A stretch of DNA of 64,000 nt, taken from NCBI RefSeq assembly GCF_963921235.1, contig NC_086108.1:68512001-68576000 (forward strand), read 5' to 3'. Below the pieces are notes generated by a model, which saw nothing but the letters and a program-made list of their open reading frames with translations, did not search any database and was not told the origin of the DNA. A program made the translations under genes and the position numbers. The DNA is from Mobula hypostoma (Eukaryota). Below are positions 26,361-39,719 of this stretch, piece by piece. How positions within the stretch are numbered: the stretch's first letter is position 1; the number at the start of each line of letters is the position of its first letter.

Positions 26361-28639
26361 TTGTACCACATTTTTAAAGCCTATTTTGATTATTACATGT
26401 TCTCATATGTGCAAAGTCGTAATCTTTAGTACATATAAGGACTTCATTGTTTTGATCTGCAGACAAGGCTTATGTTGGAAATGGATATTGAATGATAAAG
26501 ATGTATCAGATTTTTTTTTTGGTGGGCATAATTTTTTCTTTAGTGACCAGAGATACTAAACTAGACAACAACGAAGATCAATGTAACCTGTTACAATGAG
26601 TCCAAAGAGACAACGAAAGCCAACATCCTCAACTCATTAGAAAAGAAGGCAAATCTTGAAAAATGAAAGCACAGATAGATATTGAAAATGTAGAAGTTCC
26701 ATGTATAGAGGCACTATATAGTTCAGCATGGACTAGATGAGCCGAAAGGCCTGATACTGTACTGCAGTGCTCTCTCTAAGTATATTAGCAAGAATTTAAG
26801 TTAATTTTATTCATGACACTGACAAGTTCTCAATTGAGGCATCGCACGCACAATCATTGAAACCTTCAAATAAGATTCTTAATACAGGATGCTTTTAACC
26901 CTGTAAATTCATTATCACCAGAAAGAGTTGTTCTTTAGCATGGAGTTAATGTATCTGATGGTCAGAGCTTTTATCTGTGACTTATGAATGCAGTCCTGGT
27001 GTTAATCAGAAAAACTGACTTTTGAGTTCCTGACATAGGAATTGTTGATATTTGTAAAACAGTTGCTATCAGTAAGAGTGAGGATTAAAAAAAAGACGAA
27101 TTGTATGGCAGTTATTCCATATATTCTATGGCACCTTTGTCCCTTTAACAGAAATGTCAATCTTGTATTGAACATAATTAGAAAGATGAAACAAAATTGA
27201 AATATTTTCAATATAGTAACCTTGGTGTTGAGCAGCTTGCATTGAATTCAATTGTTTGAATCAATTGAATTCTTGTTTGAACCATAAACTTTGCAATAAT
27301 TGCTTTGATGTTTCGTGAACTATTTTTATGTTCCTGCAATGATTAAATCATGGCAATGGATAGTTTGAATATTTCAAGTGAGGAACAATATTAATTTAGG
27401 GAGTAGGCTATGAAAAGATATGGAGAAAAGGCAGTGGAATGTGAATAGAATTGTTGATCTTGTTAATGAGCTGGTAATGCCAGTACAGTGAATCAGACAT
27501 TTTCTATCTGCTGCAGATATTCTAATTTTTTAAAAAACTGATATTGCAGTTATGGAACATTGCCAGCACTACATCTTTAAAGAAATCAAAAAATTCCTGT
27601 TGGCAATCCTTACCCTTCTTGTTTAGAAGCTGCAACACAAAAGCATTTTAAGTGTTCTAGCAAACACAGGCAAATGGAGAATCCCTCTGGAGAATTCAGG
27701 AAGCCTTTTATTCAGCTAAGCTTTTTCATTGGCAAGGCTCAGATGACTGAAAATACAGTATGCAGTAAAGCTCACTCTGAGAGGCAAGGCCTTGCTCACA
27801 GTATATCCTTGAAGGTACTTTGAATATGCGATCCTGCCTTGAAGTTTAACGGTTTAATTATTTTTGCTTCAACACAGAAACATCAATCTGCATTCAACTG
27901 GATATAAAAACTCAACCTGGAGACTTAAAATGATCTGAAAAATTAAATGAACACTGCTTGATTGTTTTTTGCACCCACTAACGCTAAGGGAAAAATAAAC
28001 CATTTAATTTGAAATTCATAACAATTGAGCAGTCTAGATGGTAACAGACTACTTATATTGACTGCAGAATTTAGAAAATTTGAGCTTGAAAGCAAGATTA
28101 AAAGTGGAAGGTTTAATGATTGTAGTATATGGGGTTCTACTTAACTGGTCTCTGGAGCAGATCACCACTGTGACCTACTTACTCACCGAGACATCGAGTT
28201 TCAAGTAAGCACAGCTTTTACTTGTGGCAAACGGTCTTTAACTGAACTGTAAGCACGGTACAACCATGTAACAATATGCTTGAACTATCAGATCGTCTCT
28301 TATGGTCACAGCAATCCTTAAAATAGCACTTAGCTTACCACATACAATGCAGCAAAGAAGAAAGGAGAAAAATTTGTATGTAAACAAGAACTCAAGAAGG
28401 TAGCAGGAAATGGTCACTTGGCATCTCAAACATGCCCTCCATTCAATATCATCATGGCTGATATGCCCCTGATCTCAGCTCCTTTTCTGTGCCAACTGCT
28501 TGATCCTCCAGAAATGAATCTCCTTCCCTTTAAAACATCTCCAGTGATCTCATCTCCACAACTCTCTGGGATAGAAAATTCCAGAGATTCACCAAATTCT
28601 GTGAGAAGAAATTTTCTACACACTTCAATTTGAATTGAT

Positions 28640-29280
28640 CACCATCCCACAATCTATACACCTCCTCTACGATTGTATGTCACTCTTTAAAGTGTTTCAT
28701 GGCTACCAGCCCCCATTTTTCCCCGAAAAGGAACAATTGGTGAAGATTCCGTCCACCAGAGCCACTGCCAGAATATTTGGAAAAGGGCAAGGAGGGCCAT
28801 CCCAGCTACCAACTGCTGTTGGAGCTCAACCTGACATTCAGCCTGGGAACTGGGCCTGGCTGTCCACCCAAATTCTGTCCCTGCACGCCGACTCCTGCAA
28901 GCTCTCACCCCAATTCATTGGCCTCTTCAAGATCACCCATCGCATCAGTCCAGTCACTTACCATCTGCGGCTGCCACCAGCCCTCAGGATCACACCCACC
29001 TTCCAAATGTCCTGCCTCAAGCCCGTTGTCCATGGAATACCCAACACACCTGAGACTGCACCTCTGGAACCAAGGATGATGGAATGTGGCCCAGTGTACA
29101 CGGTGCACTGGTTGATGGATTCACAATGTTTTGGACAAAGTTAGCAGTACCTGGTTGACTGGGAGGGGTACGGCCCAGAGGAGAGATCTTGGGTGCCGTC
29201 CAGTTACATCTTGGACCCATCACACATCAAGGAGCTCCACTGGACCCAGTGGGGCTAGTGTGAAGAGGGGGGAAGGTCCC
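28640..29280 (+). mobile_element. 3' fragment of chromoviral Gypsy (integrase C-terminus, chromodomain, PPT)
   Basis: KLSPQFIGLFKI...[29 protein letters not shown]; purine tract gaagaggggggaagg before 29281; homologous to ~35990-36660. Confidence 0.88.
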
Positions 29281-29604
29281 TGTTGGGCCTACTCATGCAG
29301 GCTCTTCCCAGTCTCCACCCAGCTGACAGAAGTCACCTGCACTCGTTTCCAACTCATCACCTGCAGCCTATTTAAACCCAGCTGTCATCCATAGTCCTTG
29401 TCCACTCATACGAACCGACCAGCCTCAACCAGGTGCTCCTAACCTTCAGTTATCTTGTTGTCTGTGAGTTTCGCATTTGTCCTCTCTTGTTTTGTGGCCC
29501 CTCATGGCTTGTTATTTTGCCGTAGTTTATTAAAGTTATTGCTCCCTGATAAATCATCTCTGCTGCTCTGTTTTTAGGTCAACCTTTCTCCCCATTTCCT
29601 GACA
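29281..29604 (+). repeat. LTR shared by two tandem chromoviral Gypsy copies
   Basis: TGTT...GACA; tatttaaa TATA-like; matches the interrupted 3' LTR at ~36665-36725 + 37329-37432. Confidence 0.85.
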
Positions 29605-30592
29605 GGATGAGTGACCCATCGATTGACCCAGCAGAGTATGCTCGCCTAAAGGAGGTCATCTGTCAACAAGAGCACATGATCCAGAAGCAGCAAAAAACCA
29701 TTTAACATCTACTCTCTGCTCTCTTCCAATGTTCTGCCTCAAAACAGCAGCCTCATGATAGTCAACTTCCTCCCACTTGGGGTTCAGCAGTGCCCAAAGA
29801 CTTCAATGCATCAAGGCAATCTGTCTATCCAGGAGATGCCTACTGACCTCAAAAGACTCATCACTTCGGCCCTCCGAATTGACAAGGATCAACCCTCCAG
29901 GTCAACGGCCAGAACCCCAGCTCCTTTCCCAGAACTATTACAGGCTGCAGAACCCTCATCAGCAATGCCTCTAGAGACCATGCAGTTTGGGAGATCTCTC
30001 TTAACCCCCTAAGAGTGTGAGTGTTGGTGGGGAAACAACTTGTGCTCTTACTGCAGAGCTGCCGATCACCTACACATAAAATGCCCCTTGCATCCAGGAA
30101 ATATCAGCACCAGGTATAGACAGAAGGCCTTCTACCTGGTAAGTTCCCCCAGCCCCTCATTCCAGCACTATAGCCCGACTCACTCTCTCTGTCCTTCCCA
30201 CACCCCAATGGCTCTATGCCTACAGGAGACTCTGGTGGATTCCGGTGCAGCAGGTAACTTTCAGGACTGGGCTCTGCATCCAGCTTGGAATCCCTACTGA
30301 GCTAATCTCTCTCCCCTTCTGCCTCAGGTCCATTGATAGATATCCCTTGGTGTCTGAGATGGTCAGAGCGTGCATAAAGCCACTGTACATGAACATTAGA
30401 GAGTACCACAAATCCATCCAATTCCACCTGATTGCCTCACCCAAAACTCCTCTCGTCTTGGGTTAGCCCTGTCTCTCCATTCATGACCCTTACTTCACCT
30501 GCTTATTTACTTCATTGCTGAGTTGGGGGCCCACCTGCTGGACACCTGTCTGGAACCTCCATTGGCTTTACCCCCAAGATCCGTGGAGGTGG

Positions 30593-31527
30593 TGTTATGT
30601 CATCAGCAACAATGAGTATAGAATTGAGTCAGGTTTTATAAACTAACATAAACATTTATTAAACTCTGCTCAACACTAGTGGAAAGTAAACAAACAACTA
30701 ACATAACTGGAAGTTAACTGCTATATGGCATTTAACAAACAACCAAACTCTGAAACAGTTCTTAAAGTGGTAAATTGGAACGCAGTCTTAAAGTGGTGAA
30801 TTCGAAAGTCCAAGTGATTTATACAGTCAGTAAAGAGAGACTTCCCTGAAAACTGATTTCTCCAAAGACGTGACGTTACTGCTGATCCCAGCAAAGAGAT
30901 GCCTTGTCCAAAGAATTCACAATAAAGGAAATAAAACGGCTTTAAGGAACTGACCTTTATCCTGGAGGGTGAACACTGCACAAACCTTCCTGATCTTGCA
31001 GGGGTTATCTCAGATGCAGGCCACTATTCCTGAACGAAGATTCAATAAGGTTGATCCTTTTATAAAACCACTGAACGACACCCACTTTACTCAATCCTTT
31101 GGGTTCCCATACTTTAGTAAGGTCTTCACTCTCCAATACTAGACTGTAAAGGTAAATCAAAGTTGCAACAAACAAAAACTGGCAGTGATTGGCGAAACTG
31201 CTGGCACAACGTTTTTGTACCTTACAATAGAAAGTAAAAACTCCCTTTAAAACAAAACTGCGTCATGAGACGAATACGCAGCAAATCTAACTAATAAATT
31301 AACTGACGAATTAATCTGTGTGACAACAGAGGTTTCCCCTTTATATACCTGTAGGGAACATGCTAACATGTGACCTCACACTGGCGGGAAAATTACAGCA
31401 TATGACCTCACACTGGTGGGAAAATTACATCACCCCACTATCACAAGACCGTTACATCATGCTCACAAGATACTCAATTACATCATGGTCATAAGACAGT
31501 CACAAGATACCCACGAGGTATGTAACA
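30593..31527 (-). mobile_element. Solo LTR (~935 bp), same family as 267-1160
   Basis: TGTTATGT...ATGTAACA; 4-bp TSD gtgg/atgg; shared gcaacaatga, aaacatttattaaac, gttcttaaag and gtgacctcaca motifs. Confidence 0.85.
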
Positions 31528-31846
31528 ATGGAAAAAACCCTCGACCCCACCAAACTTCCACAGTAATACCACAACTTAGCCATCGCCTTTAGCAAAATGG
31601 AAGCCAATAGCTTGCCACCTCAAAGACCACACAACTACATGATTGGCCTCCTCCTGTGCACGAACCCTCCCCAAGGTCATCTAGCCTCCCTTTCCCCTCC
31701 TGAGAACCAACCATGAATGATTCCATTGCCGAAGCACTATAGCCTTCCAACTATCCCAATCCCCAGATGGCGCAGGACCCTTCCTTCTCAAGAAGAAAGA
31801 TGGGGAGCTTCATCCTTCATTGACTACTGTGGACAGACCAGAAATG

Positions 31847-32990
31847 GGCCATAAGACCATAAGACACAGGAGCAGAATTAGGCCATCTGGCCCGTCATGT
31901 CTGCTCCACCATTCAATCATGGCTGATCCTTTTTATTCTATCCTCCCCAAACCCAGTTCCCAGCCTTCTCCCCGTAACCTTTGATGCCATATCCATTCAA
32001 GAACCCATCAATCTCTGCTTTAAATACACCCAACAACCTGGCCTCCACAGCTGCATGTGGCAACAAATTCCACAAATTCACCATCTTTGGCTAGAAGAAA
32101 TTTCTCCGCATCTCTGTTTTGAAAGGGCGCCCTCTATCCTGAGGCTGTGCACTCTTGTCCTAGACTCTCCCACTATGGGAAACATCCTTTCCATATCTAC
32201 TCTGTCTAGGCTTTTCAACACTTGGAAGGTTTCAATGAGATCCCCCCTCATCCTTCTGAATTCCAGCGAGTAAATACCTAGAGCCATCAAACGTTCCTCG
32301 TAGGATAACCCTTTCATTCCTGGAATCATCCTTGTGAACCTCCTCTGTATCGTCTCCAGTGCCAGCATATCTTTTCTGAGGTGAGGAGCCCAAAACTGTT
32401 CACAATATTCAAGGTGCCTCACCAGAGCCTTATAAAGCCTGAGCATCACATCCTTGCTCTTGTATTCTAGACCTCTTGAAATAAGTACTAACATGGTATT
32501 TGCCTTCCTCACCACCGACTCAGCCTGCAAGCTAATCTTCAGAGTGTTCTGCACAAGGACTCCCAAGTCCCTCTGCATCTCAAATTCCTGGATTTTCTCC
32601 CCGTTGAGAAAACAGTCCGCACATTTATTTCTACTACCAAAGTGCATGACAATGGATTTTCCAACATTGTATTTTATTTGCCATTTTCTTGCCTATTCTC
32701 CCAATCCGTCTAAATCCTTCTGCATCCTACCTGTTTCCTCAACACTACCTGGCCCTCCACCAATCTTCATATCATCTGCAAACTTGGCAAAAAAGCCACC
32801 TATTCCATCATCTAAATCATTTATATACAGCATAAAGAGAAACGGTCCCAACACCGACCCCTGTGGAACACCACTAGTCGCTGGCAGCCAACCAGAAAAG
32901 GATCCTTTTATTCCCACTCACTGCCTCCTACTGATCAGCCAATGCTTTAATCATGTTAGTAACTTTCCTGTAATACCATGGGCTCTTAAT
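31847..32990 (-). mobile_element. CR1 3' half nested in the chromoviral Gypsy RT
   Basis: Minus ORFs GVPQGSVLGP...KFADD and LYKALVRHLEYC; ccataaga repeats at the tail. Confidence 0.92.
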
Positions 32991-33302
32991 CACCATTAAC
33001 AACGGCTACACCTCTCCTCTTGATGAATAGCTCATTTTAAACACTCCGTGAGGCCCAGATCTTCACCAAACTGGATCTATGGAGCACATACAATCTGATC
33101 CACATTCACTAAGGGGACGTGTGGAAGATGGTAACACCCACTAGCCACTACAAATACTTGCGGATGCATTTTAGACTTGAAGCCATTTTCCAAGCCTTCA
33201 TCAACGAGATCCTCTGAGATGTGTTACACAAGTATGTATTCTTCTACCTTGACAACATCCTCATCTTCTCCAAAGACCCTCAAGACAACAGCTGTCATGT
33301 CC

Positions 33303-34049
33303 CACACACAAAATACTGGTGGAATGCAGCAGGCCAGGCAGCATCTCTAGGAAGAGGTACAGTCGACGTTTCGGGCCAAAACCCTTCGTCAGGACTAACT
33401 GAAAGAAGAGATAGTAAGAGATTTGAACGTGGGAGGGGGAGGGGGAGATCCGAAATGATAGGAGAAGACAGGAGGGGGAGGGATGGAGCCAAGAGCTGGA
33501 CAGTTGATTGACAAAAGGGATATGAGAGGATCATGGGACAGGAGGCCTAGGGAGAAAGAAAGGGGGGGGGAAGCCCAGAGGATGGGAAAGGAGTATAGTG
33601 AGAGGGACAGAGGGAGAAAAAGGAGAGAGAGAAAATAAATAAATAAACAAACAAACAAACAAACAAACAAATAAATAACAAATGGGGTACAAAGGGGAGG
33701 TGGGGCATTAGCGGAAGTTTGAGAAGTCGATGTTCATGCCATCAGGTTGGAGGCTACCCAGACGGAATATAAGGTGTTGTTCCTCCAACCTGAGTGTGGC
33801 TTCATCTTTACAGTAGAGGAGGCTGTGGATAGACATATCAGAATGGGAATGGGATGTGGAATTAAGGCAACACTCACAACAAAGAGAAAGGGGGAGGGGA
33901 GCACCAGAGGATGCTATAGTGAGAGGGACAGAGGGAGAAAAAAGAGAGAGAAAGAAGGGGGGGGGGGAATTTAAAATAAATAAATAAAGGATGGGGTAAG
34001 AAGGGGAGGAGGGGCATTAACAGAAGTTAGAGAAGTCAATGTTCATGCC
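33303..34049 (-). mobile_element. Composite Penelope 3' tail (two subfamily segments)
   Basis: 33303-33880 is near-identical to ~19690-20177; a second tail segment spans 33881-34049. Confidence 0.88.
33361..33396 (-). ncRNA. Minimal type I hammerhead ribozyme motif, fully intact
   Basis: Reverse strand AGTC-CTGACGA-AGGGTTTTGGCCC-GAAAC-GTC^GACT. Confidence 0.82.
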
Positions 34050-34140
34050 CGATCATGTCCTTCAGCGTCACCTTGAAAACCAACTGTACTGCAAGTTAGG
34101 AAAGTGCCCATTCCACACCACAGTCATTTCCTTCCAGGGT

Positions 34141-34816
34141 CACCTGTTCCATGAGGTTGTGACCAAAGCATGCAGCATGGAGCCCAGGAAGCCAGGAGAT
34201 GGGGCACAGGCCCATCTCTCACTGGTCTCGCCAATTAAAGTGCTGAAGAAGATTGAAATGGTGGAGGCGGGTGCAGAGGGTGAGTGAGCGTTCAGTGCTG
34301 TCTAACAGCCTCTCGCTCGCTGCTGCCAGAGAAGGTGCCTGCATGTGGCGGTCTCGCATTCTTACGCTCACCTCTCCTCAGGTTCGAGTGACCCCTCTCT
34401 CCCTCAGTGCTGTCAGCAGAAGGTTGCTGGAGCAAGGTTTAGTCGACGTGGATTGTAGATTTGGATGTACCCTAATTCGGAATTACGATGTGTTCTAGTT
34501 CTAGTTCTGGTCACTCAGCTTTTGTTACTACTTTTGGGCAACTTTTGAATTGGGCACCCTGTAGATAATAAACCCTGAGTTGAACTCAACTGAAGTATGC
34601 CTTTTGATTTTGTGTTTTATATTCTGTGTTTTTGGTCTGTTTTTCCTTGTTGCTGTTTGTGTGTTGTTTTGCACGTGGGGGGGTGGATTTGATGTTTAAT
34701 GTTTTTCTTTGAATGCATGGTTCTTCTTTGTTTCGTGACTGCCTGTGGAGAAGACGAATTTCAATGTTGCCCCTGCCTGCATACTTTGATAATAAATGTA
34801 CTTTGAATCTTTGAAT
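34141..34816 (+). mobile_element. Non-autonomous retroposon with LINE-type 3' tail
   Basis: Interrupts Gypsy RT; ends tgataataaatgtactttgaatctttgaat; a similar tail is on the minus strand at ~43163-43205. Confidence 0.6.
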
Positions 34817-36725
34817 GTCCTTTCACCCCAAGGCATAACCATTGTTCCAGAGAAAGTGTGCGCAGTCATTCAATATCCACGACCACACTCCCTGAAAGAG
34901 CTACTGTTTTCCAACTTCTACCGCCAGTTCATCAGAAACTACAGCCGAATCGCCACTCCTCTCACCTCCCTCACCAAGTCACCTACCTTATAGATAACAT
35001 GGACTACTGCCACAGACCACACTTTCGAGCAGCTCAAAATATACTTCACCACCAGTCCCATTCTCCGCCATCTGAACCCTTCCAGTCCTTTCATGGTAGA
35101 GGTGGGCATATTTGCCGTTAACACTGGTGTCATCCTCTCCCAGTGAGAACCAGATGGGAGGGCACACCTTTGTGTCTTCTTCTCTCCAAAGTTCAACACT
35201 ACACAGTGCCATTATGGAGTAGCAGACAGGGAGCTACTTGCCACCTAATGGGCTTTGGAGACATGGAGGCATTGGCTGATGAGAAATACTGAGTCATTTC
35301 TGAGCTGGACTAACCAGCAGAACCTGGTATCCTTTCAACAGACCTGCCAACTCATCCCACGTCAGGCTTACTGGGCCCTCTTCTTCAAGCAATTCAACGT
35401 CACCATTTTCTACCTAAATGGCTCCAAAAATACGAAGGCAGATGCCCTGTCATGACAGTTTGACCCAGCTGAAACTGAAGATCAACTCTCAGCCCATAAT
35501 TCCATCCACACAGGTCCCCACCCTGATCGTCAGGGACCTGGAGAACCAGACCCACCAGGCCCTACAGCATGAGGCTGCTCCAGCCAGCGCACCTGATAAC
35601 CATATGCACATGTCGGTGGCCGCGTGCTCGGAGGCACTCCAGTGGGCCCACTCCTCACCCCTCTTCAGCCATACTGGCGCATGACAGAGTCCGGATTTTC
35701 TCCTCGAGTTTCTGTCGGCGGCCGAGATGCCGGACCTGGTCTTCCCACATGTAGTTCGCCTTCACAGTTTACTCCAGGACATTGTGTCGGACCAGAGCCC
35801 ACAATTCATTTTCTGTTCCTGGTGAGCCTTCTGTTCCTTCCTCCACATCTCAGTGAGTCTGTCCAATGGCTGTTATCCACAAACCAATGGACAGTCAGAA
35901 GGAGCCAAACAGCAAGTGGGGATATTTCTGCAATGGTTCACCGCTTCTAACCCTTCCACATGGCAGAAGTTTCTGCTCAGGGCTGAGCCATCCCACAGTC
36001 CATACACTTCCTCTGCGATGGAGTGCTTTGAAGTGCTTCATGGCTACCAGTTCCCATTGTTCTCTGAAAAGAATTGGTGGAGGTCCCATTCACCAGGGCC
36101 CTGGTTCGTCACAGCCAGAGGTGGGAGAGGACACAGAGGGTCATCCTAGTAGCCAGCTGTGCCTATTGCCAGCAGGTTGTCTGAAATTATGCCCGGCCAG
36201 ATGATTCTGGCCTGAGACCGTGTCTGGCTGTCCACCCGAGTTCTGTCCCTGCACACCAGCTCCCATAACCTCTCAACCCAAGTCACTGGCCTCTTGAAGA
36301 TGACCCACCAGATCAATCCAGTCACTTACCGTCTCCAACTGCCACCATCCATCAGGATCACACCTAATTTCCATATGTCCTGCCTCAAGCCTGTTGTCCA
36401 TGGACTGACCAAACAACCTGAAGCTGCGCCTCCAGAATCTAGGATGGTGGAAGGTGATCCAGTGTACACGGGTTACCTGGTTGATAGACTCATGCCATTT
36501 TGGACATGGTAAGCAGAGCCTGTTTGACTGGGAGGGGTACAGCCCAGGGGAGAGATCTTGGATGCTGTCCAGTTACATTTTGGATCCATCCCTCATCAAG
36601 GAGTTCCACGGGACCCATCGAGATCATCCTGGACCATCGAGGCCAGTGTACAGGTGGGGGATCCCGTCAGGCCTGCACATGCAGGTTCTTCCCCATCTCC
36701 ACCGAGCTAACAGGGGTCACCCGCA

Positions 36726-37328
36726 ACACACACCATACGCACAATGCTGGAGGAACTCAGCAGGCCAGGTAGCATCTATCGAGAAAAGTACAGTCGATGT
36801 TTCGGGCCAAAACCCTTCGGCAGGACTAGAGAGAAAAAGATGAGGAGTAGATTTAAAAGGTGGGGGAGGGGAGAGAGAAGCATGAAGTAACAGGTGAAAC
36901 CGGGAGGGGGAGGGGTGAAGTAAAGAGCTGGGAAGTTGATAGGTGAAAGAGATACAGGGCTGGAGAAGAGGGAGTCTGATAGGAGAGAACAGAAGGCCGT
37001 GGAAGAAATAAAAGTGGGGAGGAGCACCAGAGGGAGGCGAAGGGCAGGCAAGGAGCTAAGGTGAGAGAGGGAAAAGGAGATGGGAAATAGTGAAGGGGGA
37101 AGTGGTATCACTGGAAGTTTGAGAAATCAGTGTTTATGCCATCAGATTGGAGGCTACCCAGACAGAATATAAGGTGTTGTTCCTCCCACCTGAGTGTGGC
37201 CTCATCGCAACAGTAAAAGAGGCCATGGATTGACATATTGGAATGGGAATGGGAAGTAGAATTAAAATGGGTGGCCACTGGGAGATCCCGCTTTTTCTAG
37301 CAGACAGAGTGTAGGTGCTCAGCGAAAC
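36726..37328 (-). mobile_element. Penelope 3' fragment inserted in the Gypsy 3' LTR, hammerhead-like motif 36792-36827
   Basis: Imperfect TSD ggggtcacccgca / ggagtcacctgca; tail homologous to other Penelope copies. Confidence 0.85.
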
Positions 37329-39719
37329 GGAGTCACCTGCACTCGTTTTCTACCTATCACCTGCAGCCTATTTAAACCCAGCTCTCATCCACAATTCTTG
37401 TTCACTCATACGAACCAGCCAGCCTCAACCTCATTGAACAAGCCCCCACATTGGTATTTGTGTCACCAAAATAATTACCTATTTGTTTCGATGATTAAGT
37501 TGACATCTGTTTTTAAACAGACATGATAAAATCATAACTTGTACTTAAAGTGTCTCTTATTTAATTCTTGATTTCTTATAACGCCAGAGAAAACTGGTTG
37601 ATTAATTTGCACAAATAATGCGAGATTCAAATTAAGCATCACCCATATAAACAAATCTGATTTTTTGTGTTTCTTCATTAACACAATCAAGGGCTTAAGT
37701 TATTGGAATGAATCAGCTATTTACTAAATGACAATAAGCAACCAAATGAAAAATATTCTACACGGAGCTGTCTATACAGGAAAGTATTTTCTCATGTTTA
37801 TTTATCAAAGTCAGGGATCGTTTTACTGATGAACATTACAGTACAAGGATTGGCAGATAGGGAGACTTCCAAAGCTGTAACGTGATGCTCCTGCAAAGCC
37901 TCCAACTCAAGGACAAAGTGAAGACATTACTCTCAACAGACAGCAACTTTATACAACTGCAGCTCAGCCAAGAGTTGATAAAATAATCTATAACCGGACT
38001 GAAAAGCCACCCTATACATTTAATGCATGTATGAACAGTGAACAGGCATTAAAATAATATCTTAAAAAAATTCGAATGCCAACTCCAGAAACTCCAAGGT
38101 ATCTATCTCAACAGTAACGTTCATTGTTATGCTGAAGAAACACAGCAAATAAAAGATGACATTTAGCAGTCCAAAGTGTTTTTTTAACATCTAACGCAAA
38201 TCCACACAGGGAGGTAGGGAAATATTAGAATGGGTAATCAAAATGTTAATTGAGGGATAGTTTTAAGGAGTGCCTTAAACGTGAAGAGATGGCAACTTTA
38301 GGAAAGGAAATTAGAACATTTGGTCTAGACAGCTGAAGACAGGGTCTTCAATAAGAATAATAAAAAATGGGAATGCCTTGAATTGCCTTGTTTATTTAAG
38401 CATGGAGATTTGAAACAAAGAAATGAATTGCTCAGACCAAACATACAATGCAAAATCACATAACTTTCTTCTGACAATGAAGATTTAAAGTCTCTGCCTA
38501 CTTTTTTGTGTTACTGGGTGATTTGTGGAGTTGTAAATGTAAAAAGCTATTCTGTAGATATAGCTTCCCTAATTTAATCAAATGTGATAAGCCATGAGAT
38601 TCCAAGGCTATGTTCAATATCTACACTTTATGATATTAATCCTGTTATTAGACTGTTTTAAATTTAATTTCTGTTCATTTTCCTTAAGCATGTTCAGGTC
38701 AAATTGCAGGGAACGGTGAAATAAAGCAAAAATACGTATGAATCTGCATTTCTATTAAGACTGAAACCAAATACCCCTAGACAAACTCAAATAATGAATA
38801 ATATTGGAACAAAATAATTAAAATTAGTCAAATTCAATCTACTTTTTTCTATAAGCATGTGCCCATCTTATTTTTCTTTTTGACAAATTCAAAATGAGGC
38901 AGGCTACAGCGTATACCTATATTTTAAAACTGGAGAAAGCTCTATTTGTTCTGCATAGCTACAGTACCACTGCATTCAATCACCCAGAAGCTGCAAGCCA
39001 TAAACTTCCTCCACTGCTTTATTAGAAAGGCAGACCCATAAAAATTCATCAGGATAATGTAGAGATGAAGCTCTTTTGAACTGCCATCCAGCAATCAACC
39101 AATCACTCATAGCATGGCATTTACAGCACATCTCATTCCGCTGTTCCTTAAGGACAATTGATTTTCCTGATTCCATTAGCATAACAGCAACGAAAATGAC
39201 TGCAGTGCAATATTTTTCAGAAAGTTCAAGAAGTATGCAGAGCATCAGAGTGTAACCATGATAATAGCAAGTGCATTGCAGTAACACTGCAGAAAATAAG
39301 AGCTCAAGTAAGCAATTTAAAATACAAATAGACAGAGAAAAAGGGGGAACTTTTTAGAAAATAAATGTAATTTCTAAAGAGCCTAATTAGGTGGCATTTG
39401 GGAACCCATCAGCAATTTTACATTCTGCAGATTTCTTATTTCACAGACAGGGCTGTTTGATGGTATTTTTATTTTAGAAAAAGATGATTCCCCTTAGGGT
39501 TGGAAAAAAGATATGAATATTCTAACTATCCTCATCTTACACTGAAGAGAAAATACATTTAGTTACTGTATGTTCATTATAAAGGTCTGATAAGTTACAT
39601 TAAGGAGATGATTTTTTTTATTTGACAGACATTCTTTCCTTCATGAAAGTATGGACTAGAATTCAGTGGATGAATGCAAGATTACCAGAAACAGATAATT
39701 AACAAAATTACTTCTAACT

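Larger units (their letters stand above)
29281..37432 (+). mobile_element. Degenerate chromoviral (sushi-like) Gypsy element with five nested insertions
   Basis: gag knuckle CSYCRAADHLHIKC, protease LVDSGAAGNF (~30230), RT YLDNILIFS (~33245), RH KADALS, IN YPQTNGQSE, chromodomain DWEGYSPGERSW (~36525). Confidence 0.9.

Noticed and set aside
38976..39287. 103-aa minus ORF and other short ORFs in unique AT-rich DNA (e.g. 22346-22789, 41069-41350)
   Set aside because: No recognisable domain or convincing splice context; they may be regulatory or conserved non-coding, which cannot be judged without alignments.
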